A DNA stretch of 64,000 nucleotides from Candidatus Cloacimonadales bacterium (GTDB lineage: Bacteria > Cloacimonadota > Cloacimonadia > Cloacimonadales > DAONDQ01), in contig OY759316.1 in NCBI GenBank assembly GCA_963662275.1, positions 3,520,001 to 3,584,000 of the forward strand, read 5' to 3'. The notes below the pieces were generated by a model that was not told where the DNA came from, ran no database searches, and saw only the letters and a list, made by a program, of their open reading frames with translations. Both the position numbers and the translations under genes were made by a program. Shown piece after piece: positions 29,178 to 38,465 of the stretch (position 1 is its first letter; each line of letters begins with the position of its first letter).

Positions 29178-31388
29178 ATGAAACACAATATTAGATATTT
29201 ATTTCTAGCCTTGTTTTTCGTACTATTTAATAGTCTTTTATTCTCCAGCGAACTAAGAACTGTAAGGCTACAATTGAAATGGAAACATCAATTCCAGTTT
29301 GCCGGTTATTATGCAGCCATAGAAAAAGGATTTTATCGAGATGCCGGTTTTCACGTTGAACTATTGGAACTCGGTGATAATGAAACCCCTTTCGATGCAG
29401 TGTTCAATAATAAGGCAGAATTTGGCACAAGTACTACAGATATCCTTCAAGCTCGATCAATGGGTAAAAAAGCAGTTGTCTTAGCAACCATCTTTCAACA
29501 CTCTCCCCATATCATTATCACTCTGCAAGAATCTGGAATTCTAAATGTTCACGGACTTGTTGGTAAAAGAATTGCCGTAGAACCAGGTGCACTTGAACTA
29601 TATGCCTTCCTGATAGCAGAAGGAGTCTCTTTAGATCGTTGTATCATAGAGGAATTTGATTTTAATTACGATAAATTAACTCGTGGGGAAGTTGATGCGA
29701 TAACCGCATATTCAACAGATGAACCCTATATCTTAACCCACTCTGGCAAAGAAATTAATATCTTATATCCTTCTTCAGCAGGGATTGATTTTTATGGTGA
29801 TTTGTTGTATACGAGGGAAGATATAATAAAAAAAGATCCGCAAATGGTCGAGAAATTCAGGGCTGCTTCTCTCAAAGGGTGGAATTATGCCATGATGAAC
29901 CAGGAAGAAATGGTCAATTTGATCTATAAAAAGTACAGTAAGAGACATACTTTAGACCATCTGAGATTCGAAGCAAATCAAATGCAAAAGCTAATTTTGC
30001 CGAATGTTGTTGAAATTGGATATACAAATCCAGGAAGATGGCAAGCCATTTTGGACTCTTACAAGAGCCTCGGCAGAGTTGACAAATCTTTAACAATTAA
30101 TGGTTTACTATATGATGATTATATAAAGCATAATATCAAGATCCCCTGGAAGATAATCATTATCCTCTTAATCGCTTTAGTAATGACATATTTCCTGTTA
30201 GTTTTCTATTACTCCACAAATAAAAAACTACAGAAGGAGATTCTCAAAAGAGAAATTGTGCAGAAGGAATTATCCGCCAGGGAATCACTTTATCGTTCAA
30301 TCCTCAAGGCATCGCCTGATGATATCACAGTAACTGATTTGCAAGGTAATATACTGGTTGTCTCGATTGCCGGCGTACAATTAATGGGGTTTCAATCGGA
30401 AAGCAATCTTCTCGGTAAAAACGTCCAAGATTTTACACATCCTGATGACCGTATTCGATCCTTGAAGAATGTGAAGCTAATGTTGGAAGGTATAACAAGT
30501 GGACCGGAAGAATATCGGTTAATTAAATGTGATGGAACAGTCATAGATGTAGAAACAAACGCAGAGATTTACAGGGATACAGATGAACAGCCAAAAGGAA
30601 TAGTCATCGTAATTCGCGATATCAGGGAACGCAAACAACGGGAAAATGAAATAAAAGAGATCAATGCGCAACTTCTAAAAATGAACGTCGAAAAAGATAA
30701 ATTCTTTTCCATTATAGCTCATGATTTACGTAGTCCATTCAATGCTTTTTTAGGTTATACACAGTTGTTGTTGGATGACATTGCGACGATGGAACCAATG
30801 AAAATTCAAACTTTTGCCAGTAATCTGAATAACTCTGCGAAGAACCTGTTCCGTTTATTAGAAAATCTCCTGGAATGGTCTCGAATTGAACAAGGATTAA
30901 CAGTTCCCAAACCATGTTTTTTCTTTGTTAATGATGTTATCAACGAAAGCTTGAAAATGATCAGGGATGCTTCTCAATTAAAAAATCTAGAAATTGTCGC
31001 CAATATTCATATAGATTACCAGGTAGAGGCAGATTATCAAATGATAGAGACTGTTCTCCGCAACTTGCTCTCCAATGCAGTTAAATTTACACCCAGAGAC
31101 GGTAGTATAACAATATCATCTGTCAAATCTTCCGAGAATTGGGTCGAAGTATCAGTGAAAGATACGGGTATTGGAATGAATAAAGAAATGACAAATAGCC
31201 TGTTCAACATAGATGCTTATAATAGACGACCTGGTACGGAAGGGGAAGCAAGCACCGGCTTAGGCTTGCTTTTATGTAAGGAATTTATCGAATTAAATGG
31301 AGGTGTTTTATGTTTTAGTTCCATAGAAGGAGAAGGAAGTGTTTTTTCTTTTACTCTGAAGATGGCAGAACTGAAAATAGCAGATTGA
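29178..31388 (+). CDS. Sensor histidine kinase: NMT1/THI5-type periplasmic domain, PAS, HisKA, HATPase
   Basis: LQLKWKHQFQFAGYYAA; PAS HPDDR; IIAHDLRSP; RNLLSNAVKFT; DTGIG; GLGL motifs. Confidence 0.92.
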   Translation: MKHNIRYLFLALFFVLFNSLLFSSELRTVRLQLKWKHQFQFAGYYAAIEKGFYRDAGFHVELLELGDNETPFDAVFNNKAEFGTSTTDILQARSMGKKAVVLATIFQHSPHIIITLQESGILNVHGLVGKRIAVEPGALELYAFLIAEGVSLDRCIIEEFDFNYDKLTRGEVDAITAYSTDEPYILTHSGKEINILYPSSAGIDFYGDLLYTREDIIKKDPQMVEKFRAASLKGWNYAMMNQEEMVNLIYKKYSKRHTLDHLRFEANQMQKLILPNVVEIGYTNPGRWQAILDSYKSLGRVDKSLTINGLLYDDYIKHNIKIPWKIIIILLIALVMTYFLLVFYYSTNKKLQKEILKREIVQKELSARESLYRSILKASPDDITVTDLQGNILVVSIAGVQLMGFQSESNLLGKNVQDFTHPDDRIRSLKNVKLMLEGITSGPEEYRLIKCDGTVIDVETNAEIYRDTDEQPKGIVIVIRDIRERKQRENEIKEINAQLLKMNVEKDKFFSIIAHDLRSPFNAFLGYTQLLLDDIATMEPMKIQTFASNLNNSAKNLFRLLENLLEWSRIEQGLTVPKPCFFFVNDVINESLKMIRDASQLKNLEIVANIHIDYQVEADYQMIETVLRNLLSNAVKFTPRDGSITISSVKSSENWVEVSVKDTGIGMNKEMTNSLFNIDAYNRRPGTEGEASTGLGLLLCKEFIELNGGVLCFSSIEGEGSVFSFTLKMAELKIAD

Positions 31389-31550
31389 CCCCCCTACCCC
31401 CCTTCCCAAGGGGGGAAAAGACATAAAACATCACTTTCAGGGGGAAAAGACAAAAAAACATCACTTTCAGGGGGATAAGAAATCCCCCTTTGGGAAGGGG
31501 AGAAAACAAAAATCCCCCCTTGGGAAGGGGGGTAGGGGGGTCAATCTGCT
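31379..31550. mobile_element. Non-autonomous REPIN/MITE-like element with perfect 37-bp terminal inverted repeats
   Basis: AGCAGATTGACCCCCCTACCCCCCTTCCCAAGGGGGG (31379-31415) is the exact reverse complement of 31514-31550; internal ~30-bp tandem duplication; same arms as the DUF559 array spacers. Confidence 0.85.
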
Positions 31551-31562
31551 GCCCTGCTAGTT

Positions 31563-32819
31563 TTAAGTAGTAACTTTTATTTTCACCTTCACGATTTTCT
31601 TATTTGTGACTTGAAGAATTTGAATGCGACAATTATCTAAGTTCAAATAATGCCCTTGGGCAGGTATTTTCTCTAGGCGATCGATGATCAGACCTGCAAT
31701 TGTTGTATAATTACCAACCGGAAGATCAATATCATACTCATCCATTAAACGATCAATTTCCACATCGCCTTCCACAATAAATAGATTGTCACCTATCTTT
31801 GTGATATCCTTGTTGTCATCTTCATCGGCATCATATTCGTCTTCAATATCGCCTACGATTTCTTCAAGAATATCTTCCATCGTGACAATACCGGCAGTCC
31901 CGCCATATGAATCACTGATGATTGCCATACTTTTCTTATGGATCTGCATTTCTTTCATCAGATTATCGATATCCATGGTTTCAGGGGCAAAATAAGGTGT
32001 ATGCATGATATCCCTGGCAACGGTATGATCTTTATCCTCATTCCTGAGAATATCATAAATAATGAGGACACCGATGATATGATCCAAATTATCACGATAT
32101 ACAGGGTAGCGTGTATATCCCTGCTCCCTGGCAAATACTTCCACATCATGAAGAAGTGTATCTTCATGGATAGCTATGACATCCATCCTGGGTACCATGA
32201 TATTCTTCGCTTTTTGTTCATTAAACTCCAGCGCATCTTCCAACATATTCCGCTGTGGTTGAGCCAGGTCTTCATCTTCGGAAGTCTGGGAAAGAATGAA
32301 AGCCAGATCGTCTTTTGTAATATAAGAGAAACCGGGCATGGCTTGAATTTGAAATACTTTAAAAAACAGATTTGTAAAAGAAGTAACAATTAAAACTATT
32401 GGTTTTAAGATAATATAGAAAAATCTGAGAATAGGAAACAAGATCGGAACAAGTTTGTTGGGATAGTCACGAAAAATTGCCTTTGGTAGAATCTCACCAA
32501 AAACAAGAATAATCCCAGCCATGGCTAACGAAGATATCTTGGGATCAATGATATGATTAGGTATTTTTTCCTGTACAACATAGGTTGTGATAGAAGCGAT
32601 AACGATACTGGCAACGTTATTTCCTACCAAGGTTGTTCCGAAGAATCGGTCAGGTGATTCAATAAAGTGAAGGAGTTTCTTTTTTCGAATACTATGCTTC
32701 GCATCCTTCTCAAGTTGCAGACGATCAAGTGACATAATCCCTGTTTCAATTCCTGCAAAAAAGAAAGTTAATGATAGAAAAAAAAGGAGCATCAGTAACA
32801 ATAAAAAAATACTGAGCAT
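31563..32819 (-). CDS. HlyC/CorC (CNNM, CBS pair, CorC) family membrane protein
   Basis: FFAG.ETG, LVGNN, VFGEILPK, IMVPR, D.YGGTAGIVT.EDILEEIVGDIEDE motifs. Confidence 0.93.
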   Translation of the reverse strand: MLSIFLLLLMLLFFLSLTFFFAGIETGIMSLDRLQLEKDAKHSIRKKKLLHFIESPDRFFGTTLVGNNVASIVIASITTYVVQEKIPNHIIDPKISSLAMAGIILVFGEILPKAIFRDYPNKLVPILFPILRFFYIILKPIVLIVTSFTNLFFKVFQIQAMPGFSYITKDDLAFILSQTSEDEDLAQPQRNMLEDALEFNEQKAKNIMVPRMDVIAIHEDTLLHDVEVFAREQGYTRYPVYRDNLDHIIGVLIIYDILRNEDKDHTVARDIMHTPYFAPETMDIDNLMKEMQIHKKSMAIISDSYGGTAGIVTMEDILEEIVGDIEDEYDADEDDNKDITKIGDNLFIVEGDVEIDRLMDEYDIDLPVGNYTTIAGLIIDRLEKIPAQGHYLNLDNCRIQILQVTNKKIVKVKIKVTT

Positions 32820-33895
32820 TAAGCGTTAACCTTCTCCTCTCTGTAAGCTGCACGTAAAGCCGTTATGAATTCATCCAATTCACCATGTAATAAACCATCA
32901 ATGTTATATGTTGTCAAGTTGATCCTATGATCTGTTACCCGTGATTGGGGAAAATTATACGTCCTAATTTTGGCTGATCTGTCCCCTGTGCCTACCTGGG
33001 ACTTGCGACTACTCGCAATTTCTGCTTCCTGTTTTGAGATTTCCATATCTAGTAAACGGGAGCGTAGAACATTCATCGCTTTATCTTTATTCTTTAATTG
33101 TGATTTCTCATCCTGGCAAGTGACTACAATTCCAGTAGGAATATGCGTAATCCGAACTGCTGAATCAGTTGTATTGACACTTTGTCCACCATTCCCTGAA
33201 GAACGGAAAACATCGATTCTGATTTCATTGTCCTTGATATCTATATCTACTTCATCTGCTTCAGGTAAAACAGCAACAGATACAGCAGAAGTATGAATTC
33301 TTCCACCTGCTTCCGTTTGCGGAACACGTTGCACACGATGAACACCGCTTTCGAAACGCATTGTTCCATACACATTATTTCCGCTAAGTAGAAATACGAT
33401 TTCCTTGAATCCACCTAAACCTGTTTCATTCATATCAAGAATCCGGAGTTTCCATTTCATTCTTTCGGCATAATACGAGTACATCCTGAATAATTCAGAG
33501 GCAAAAAGCGCAGCTTCTTCTCCCCCCGTTCCAGCTCGAATTTCAATAATGGCATTCTTCGCATCATTCGGGTCTGTCGGAACCAATAGATCATTTAATT
33601 CAGATTCAAGAGCATCCATTTGTTGAGTTAAGTCATTCTTTTCTTCTTCAAACATTTGGCGAAGCTCAGAATCTGATTCCTTATGCAGCATTTCATCACA
33701 TTCTGTAAACTGTTGTGAGACGGAACGATATTGATTATAACTATGGAAGATGGCAGATAAATCCTTAAAACGACGGGATATGTCTCGATACATCTTAGGA
33801 TCAGATAATATTTTGGAATCAGACATCTTGGTCTGCAATTGCTCAAATTCAAATTCCAGTTCTTTTAATTTTTCAACAGGTAGCATACGATTCAT
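32819..33895 (-). CDS. prfA: Peptide chain release factor 1
   Basis: EIRAGTGGEEA, RVQRVPQTE (PxT), GGQSVNTTDSAVR motifs. Confidence 0.98.
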   Translation of the reverse strand: MNRMLPVEKLKELEFEFEQLQTKMSDSKILSDPKMYRDISRRFKDLSAIFHSYNQYRSVSQQFTECDEMLHKESDSELRQMFEEEKNDLTQQMDALESELNDLLVPTDPNDAKNAIIEIRAGTGGEEAALFASELFRMYSYYAERMKWKLRILDMNETGLGGFKEIVFLLSGNNVYGTMRFESGVHRVQRVPQTEAGGRIHTSAVSVAVLPEADEVDIDIKDNEIRIDVFRSSGNGGQSVNTTDSAVRITHIPTGIVVTCQDEKSQLKNKDKAMNVLRSRLLDMEISKQEAEIASSRKSQVGTGDRSAKIRTYNFPQSRVTDHRINLTTYNIDGLLHGELDEFITALRAAYREEKVNA

Positions 33896-34896
33896 TATTC
33901 CTTATGTTTTTCTGATGCAATATTGGAGATATCCACAACGTTTGTATATTCGGAAATATCCATATCCAGGGCAGCTTTCATAGCAATCATCGCTACTTCC
34001 ACCATCTCATCATCCGGAGGTTGAGTGGTAATCCGCTGCAAAGCCATACCCGGAATAATCATTATTTTCACTAGAGGATGATGTACATTCTTACCTGATA
34101 GTTTCAGAATTTCATAGGAAATGCCTGAAACAAGGGGAATCAATAGAAAATGGTAACCGAGACGCAAAGCCCAATGCGGTGGATGATGTAAGATCAATGT
34201 AGCAACCAGCGTATCTACTATCGAGAAGAAAAGTATCGCTACCAGTAGGACAAAGACCATGAAGCTAGTACCACATCTGGGATGTAATGTCGAAAACTTC
34301 TGTATATGAGCAGTATCCAATTCGGAATCCTGTTCATACGCATGAACATTTTTATGCTCTGCACCATGATATTGAAATACTCTATGCACATCTTTCAGCC
34401 GACTGATGATCCAAACATAGATTACAAAGAAAATAATTCGAATCAAACCGGCAAAGAGATTAAAGCCAAGGTTATTCTTTGAAAGATTAACCCAGTCAGC
34501 TACCTTATATGGTAAAATACCAAATAGCAGAAATGCCAAGCCAAAAGCGATGAAATATGAGAAAATGGTTTCCACCTGGTTTCTCACATTCGATTTTTCC
34601 TTAAACTTCTCATTCTTGTTCTTTTCATCTTCTTTAAGATCTAGTTCATAACGTTCTGCTGAGAATGATAATGTTCGAAAGCCAATGATCATCATTTCAA
34701 TCAAAGAGACAAATCCCCTGATGATCGGAACTCCCATCCATTTTATTGTTTGAGTAACGCTTATAAAAGGTTCTTTTTTCAGCTCGATTGTCTTATCAAC
34801 TCTTCTTATTGCGGTTGCCAAATGTTCCGGACCACGCATCATAACACCTTCAATTACTGCTTGTCCACCTACATTTATCTGTTTCTTTTCGCTCAT
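33895..34896 (-). CDS. DUF1385 membrane protein; start revised to MSEKKQ
   Basis: VGGQAVIEGVMM, YHGAEHK, HPRCGTSF; AGGAAG RBS before ATG 34896. The longer ORF start lies inside a terminator. Confidence 0.9.
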   Translation of the reverse strand: MSEKKQINVGGQAVIEGVMMRGPEHLATAIRRVDKTIELKKEPFISVTQTIKWMGVPIIRGFVSLIEMMIIGFRTLSFSAERYELDLKEDEKNKNEKFKEKSNVRNQVETIFSYFIAFGLAFLLFGILPYKVADWVNLSKNNLGFNLFAGLIRIIFFVIYVWIISRLKDVHRVFQYHGAEHKNVHAYEQDSELDTAHIQKFSTLHPRCGTSFMVFVLLVAILFFSIVDTLVATLILHHPPHWALRLGYHFLLIPLVSGISYEILKLSGKNVHHPLVKIMIIPGMALQRITTQPPDDEMVEVAMIAMKAALDMDISEYTNVVDISNIASEKHKE

Positions 34897-34919
34897 TCCG
34901 CTTCCTTTATTAAATGCAT

Positions 34920-34957
34920 AAAAAAAGCACCACAAGCCTTTCCAAGCATTGTGGTGC
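34920..34957 (-). terminator. Intrinsic terminator after rpmE
   Basis: GCACCACAA...TTGTGGTGC followed by a T-run on the minus strand. Confidence 0.75.
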
Positions 34958-34971
34958 AAAAGATTGAGTAT

Positions 34972-35184
34972 CTATTCTTCCGTGCTTTTACGATTATATT
35001 TTTTATTGAATTTTTCAACACGTCCAGCAGTATCCAGGAGTTTTTGTTTTCCTGTATAGAATGGGTGACATGCATTGCAGATATCAATATTGAGTTTTTC
35101 TTTCGTGGAACTGGTTTCAAATTCATTTCCACATGCACATTTAACTTGTACTTTCTCGTATTTGGGATGTATACCTTGTTTCAT
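34972..35184 (-). CDS. rpmE: 50S ribosomal protein L31 (Zn-binding type)
   Basis: [28 protein letters not shown] motifs. Confidence 0.98.
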   Translation of the reverse strand: MKQGIHPKYEKVQVKCACGNEFETSSTKEKLNIDICNACHPFYTGKQKLLDTAGRVEKFNKKYNRKSTEE

Positions 35185-35368
35185 TTTTTATCTCCTGTAA
35201 ATGAACCTCATAGCGAGAGACATCATTTTTCATTAACCTGTTATATGTCAATAAAATTCACCATACTATCATCTATGTCTCATCAGTATGCATTTCTTAT
35301 ACCATCAAAGAACAAAAAGAGGACGGTTTTACTTCAGTAAATACCTACATTCCCCTTCGCACTTCGAA

Positions 35369-36670
35369 TTATCTGTTTACCATTCCATCATAGAGCGGAA
35401 AGCGAGCTGTCAATTGGCGAACTTCCATCTTGATCTGTGCTAAAACTTCTTCATTGTCATGATGATCAAAAGCCCGTTTAATAAATTCTGCAATCACTTC
35501 CATTTCCGGTTCCTTCATCCCACGTGTCGTGACGGATGGAGTTCCAATTCGAACTCCCGATGCCACAAAAGGTGAACGAGTATCGAAAGGTACTGTGTTT
35601 TTATTAACTGTGATACCGGCAATATCCAGAGTCTCTTCCATTTTCTTTCCGGAAGGACTGCCTGATTCTTCAGGACCAAGATCAATAAGCATCAAATGAG
35701 TATCAGTACCACCAGATACTAGCCTGAAACCATTTTTCGTTAGTGATTTAGCCAAATGATTCGCATTGTCAAGCACCTGTTGCTGATATACTTTAAAATC
35801 AGGAGATAATGCTTCCTTGAAGGCAACTGCCTTGGCTGCGATGATATGCATCAAAGGACCACCCTGTATACCTGGAAATACGTTCTGGTCAACAGTTTTG
35901 GCAAATTCTTCCTTACAAAGGATCAATCCGGCACGTGGACCACGTAATGTCTTATGTGTAGTCGTTGTAACGACATCGGCATAAGGAACAGGATTTGGAT
36001 GTAAGCCGGCTGCAACAAGACCTGCAATATGAGCCATATCAACCATGAATTTTGCTCCAACTTCATTTGCAATTTCCCTGAATTTTTTAAAATCAATCGT
36101 ACGCGGATATGCACTGGCACCTGTTAAAATTAGTTGCGGTTTATGTTCATGGGCTAATTTACGAATGACATCATAATCAAATTGTTCAGTCTTCGGATCA
36201 ACACCATAGTGGATAATGTTGTATAATTGTCCGGAAAAGCTAAGCGGATGTCCGTGGGTCAAGTGACCTCCATGTGCTAATTCCAATGATAAAACAGTAT
36301 CTCCTGGTTTGACAAGACTGAAATAGGCTGCCATATTTGCCTGTGAACCAGCATGAGGCTGGACATTTGCATGATCGGCACCGAATAATTCCTTCGCTCT
36401 TTCGATTGCGAGTCTTTCGACAACATCAATGAATTCACAACCTCCATAATAGCGACCATAAAGATCATAATTAATTTTACCAGTTTTCTTGCTCCAACGA
36501 TATGGATAACCTTCAGCGTACTTGTTTGTTAGAACAGAACCTTGGGCTTCCAGGACAGCACGGGAAGTGAAATTCTCTGACGCAATGAGTTCTAGATTTT
36601 CAATTTCTCTGACCAACTCATTTTGCATGGCTTCGTAAAGCTCTGGATCAATTGCTTTAATATAGCTCAT
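35369..36670 (-). CDS. glyA: Serine hydroxymethyltransferase
   Basis: [33 protein letters not shown] motifs. Confidence 0.98.
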   Translation of the reverse strand: MSYIKAIDPELYEAMQNELVREIENLELIASENFTSRAVLEAQGSVLTNKYAEGYPYRWSKKTGKINYDLYGRYYGGCEFIDVVERLAIERAKELFGADHANVQPHAGSQANMAAYFSLVKPGDTVLSLELAHGGHLTHGHPLSFSGQLYNIIHYGVDPKTEQFDYDVIRKLAHEHKPQLILTGASAYPRTIDFKKFREIANEVGAKFMVDMAHIAGLVAAGLHPNPVPYADVVTTTTHKTLRGPRAGLILCKEEFAKTVDQNVFPGIQGGPLMHIIAAKAVAFKEALSPDFKVYQQQVLDNANHLAKSLTKNGFRLVSGGTDTHLMLIDLGPEESGSPSGKKMEETLDIAGITVNKNTVPFDTRSPFVASGVRIGTPSVTTRGMKEPEMEVIAEFIKRAFDHHDNEEVLAQIKMEVRQLTARFPLYDGMVNR

Positions 36671-37110
36671 GAATGATTCTCCTCATATATATTAATTTTT
36701 TTTAATCGATTATCGTGTCGCCCACCCTCAAATTCTGTCTGGAGAAATTGGTTAATAATATCCTCTGCCAGACAAGTTGCGATGAACTTTCCAGGTAAAC
36801 AAAGAATATTGGCATTATTGTGTTTACGGGCTAGCCGGGCAAAATCAGTGCAATGACATAAGGCTGCCCGAACATGTAATACTTTATTCGCCACAATAGA
36901 CATGCCTATTCCGCTGCCACAGACCAGGATACCATAATCACAATTCCCTTCACCCACAGCTTGTGCGGCTGGAAAACCGGTATCAGGATAATCTATAGAA
37001 CTATTTGAATACGTTCCAAAATCCACAATTTCAGCATACTTTCCGACAAAGGGTTTAATCGCTTCTTTTAAATCGTAACCTGCATGATCTGAAGCTAATG
37101 CTATTTTCAT
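36667..37110 (-). CDS. rpiB: Ribose-5-phosphate isomerase B; start revised to MKIALASDH
   Basis: SDHAG, DYP, CGSGIGM, HNNAN, FEGGRH motifs; the longer ORF start falls inside a REP. Confidence 0.95.
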   Translation of the reverse strand: MKIALASDHAGYDLKEAIKPFVGKYAEIVDFGTYSNSSIDYPDTGFPAAQAVGEGNCDYGILVCGSGIGMSIVANKVLHVRAALCHCTDFARLARKHNNANILCLPGKFIATCLAEDIINQFLQTEFEGGRHDNRLKKINIYEENHS

Positions 37111-37130
37111 AAATGCCTCTATTTGTCGTT

Positions 37131-37273
37131 GTAGGGATAGACCCATGTGTCTATCCGATACCTGTTAAATTTGGATAGACAAGTGTGTCTATCCGATACC
37201 TGTTAAATTTGGATAGACAAGTGAGTCTATCGATACCTGTTAAATTTGGATAGACACGCGGGTCTATCCCTGC
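37131..37273. repeat. GTAG-type REPIN with internal ~38-bp tandem expansion
   Basis: Starts with the same GTAGGGATAGACCCATGTGTCTATCC as 15521; three GATACCTGTTAAATTT-GGATAGAC..GTCTATC units. Confidence 0.85.
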
Positions 37274-38178
37274 TATTTACACATAATCGCACATAAGGCG
37301 ATTGAATATAATTTAGTCTTTGTAGAATCTCCCCGAGATGATAATACACAAGGAACACGAGCACCTGCGACAAAAGCACCCAATTCAGCATTGGCAAGTT
37401 TGGTCATGCCTTTATAGAAAACCTGTCCTGATTCGATATTCGGGAAAAGGATACAATCAACATCACCGGCAACAGGACTCTTAAACCCTTTGATTGCTGC
37501 TGATTCAGCATCAACCATAAGATCAAAGGATAAAGGACCTTCAATGATAGCTTTTTTAAATTGTCCTCGTTCTGCCATTTTTGATAAAACTGCGGCTTCA
37601 TAAGAGGACATGATTTTGGTAGAAACTGTTTCTGCGGCAGATAAAAGACCGATTTTGGGATTATCAATACCTAAGGCATTAGCAACATTGATCAAATATC
37701 CGATTTGAGCCATCTTCTGATTAAACTCAGGAAGTGGAAGAATAGCTACATCACTCACGATTAGCAATTTATGGTAAGTTGGAACTTCCACAACTGCCAC
37801 ATGGCTTAATACTGCGCCTGGATTCATGAGCCCATTTTCTTTATTCAGGATAGCACGCATATACTTATCAGTGGAGATCAATCCTTTCATTAAAATATCT
37901 GCTTGCTTCTGATTAATCACATTGACTGCTTTTGATGCAGCAACTGTATCGACGGTTTCATGCATAATCGTGAATTTTTTTATATCAATTTTCTCTTCTT
38001 CACAAATTCTCTTTATGATATTTTCATCACCAATCAACAAACCGTCAACAATACCCAAATCTATCGCATCACTAACAGCGCAAATCGTATGTGAATCATT
38101 AGCATATGCGGCAACAAGTCTTTTTCGCGGATTAGCTTTGACGACATCAACGAGTTGATCTAATTTACTAATAGGCAT
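37273..38178 (-). CDS. ptb: Phosphate butyryltransferase / phosphate acyltransferase
   Basis: ADILMKG, LSH, SDVA, EGPLSFD, PNIESG, SRGDS motifs. Confidence 0.85.
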   Translation of the reverse strand: MPISKLDQLVDVVKANPRKRLVAAYANDSHTICAVSDAIDLGIVDGLLIGDENIIKRICEEEKIDIKKFTIMHETVDTVAASKAVNVINQKQADILMKGLISTDKYMRAILNKENGLMNPGAVLSHVAVVEVPTYHKLLIVSDVAILPLPEFNQKMAQIGYLINVANALGIDNPKIGLLSAAETVSTKIMSSYEAAVLSKMAERGQFKKAIIEGPLSFDLMVDAESAAIKGFKSPVAGDVDCILFPNIESGQVFYKGMTKLANAELGAFVAGARVPCVLSSRGDSTKTKLYSIALCAIMCK

Positions 38179-38465
38179 AAATCCTCCATCAATATTAATA
38201 TTTTATTCAAGTTTTTAGTCAATCATCCTAATGTCAAGGAATTATGAAAGGACAGAAGCTTTTTGCGAATAGATGATTGCTGATATGAAAGAAAAGACAA
38301 CTCTTGAGGATTTAATTTTTGTGATAACTGTTAGGAAATATACGGAAGTAAAAAGAAAAAGGATACTGAATATATCTGAACACGAATATGGAAGTTTAAA
38401 AAAACTCCTGTCCATATATGTAAATTCGGTTCATATGGGACAGGAGCTATAAAAGATTTAACTCT

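Noticed and set aside
34750..35340. 196-aa plus-strand ORF
   Set aside because: Antisense to rpmE and DUF1385.
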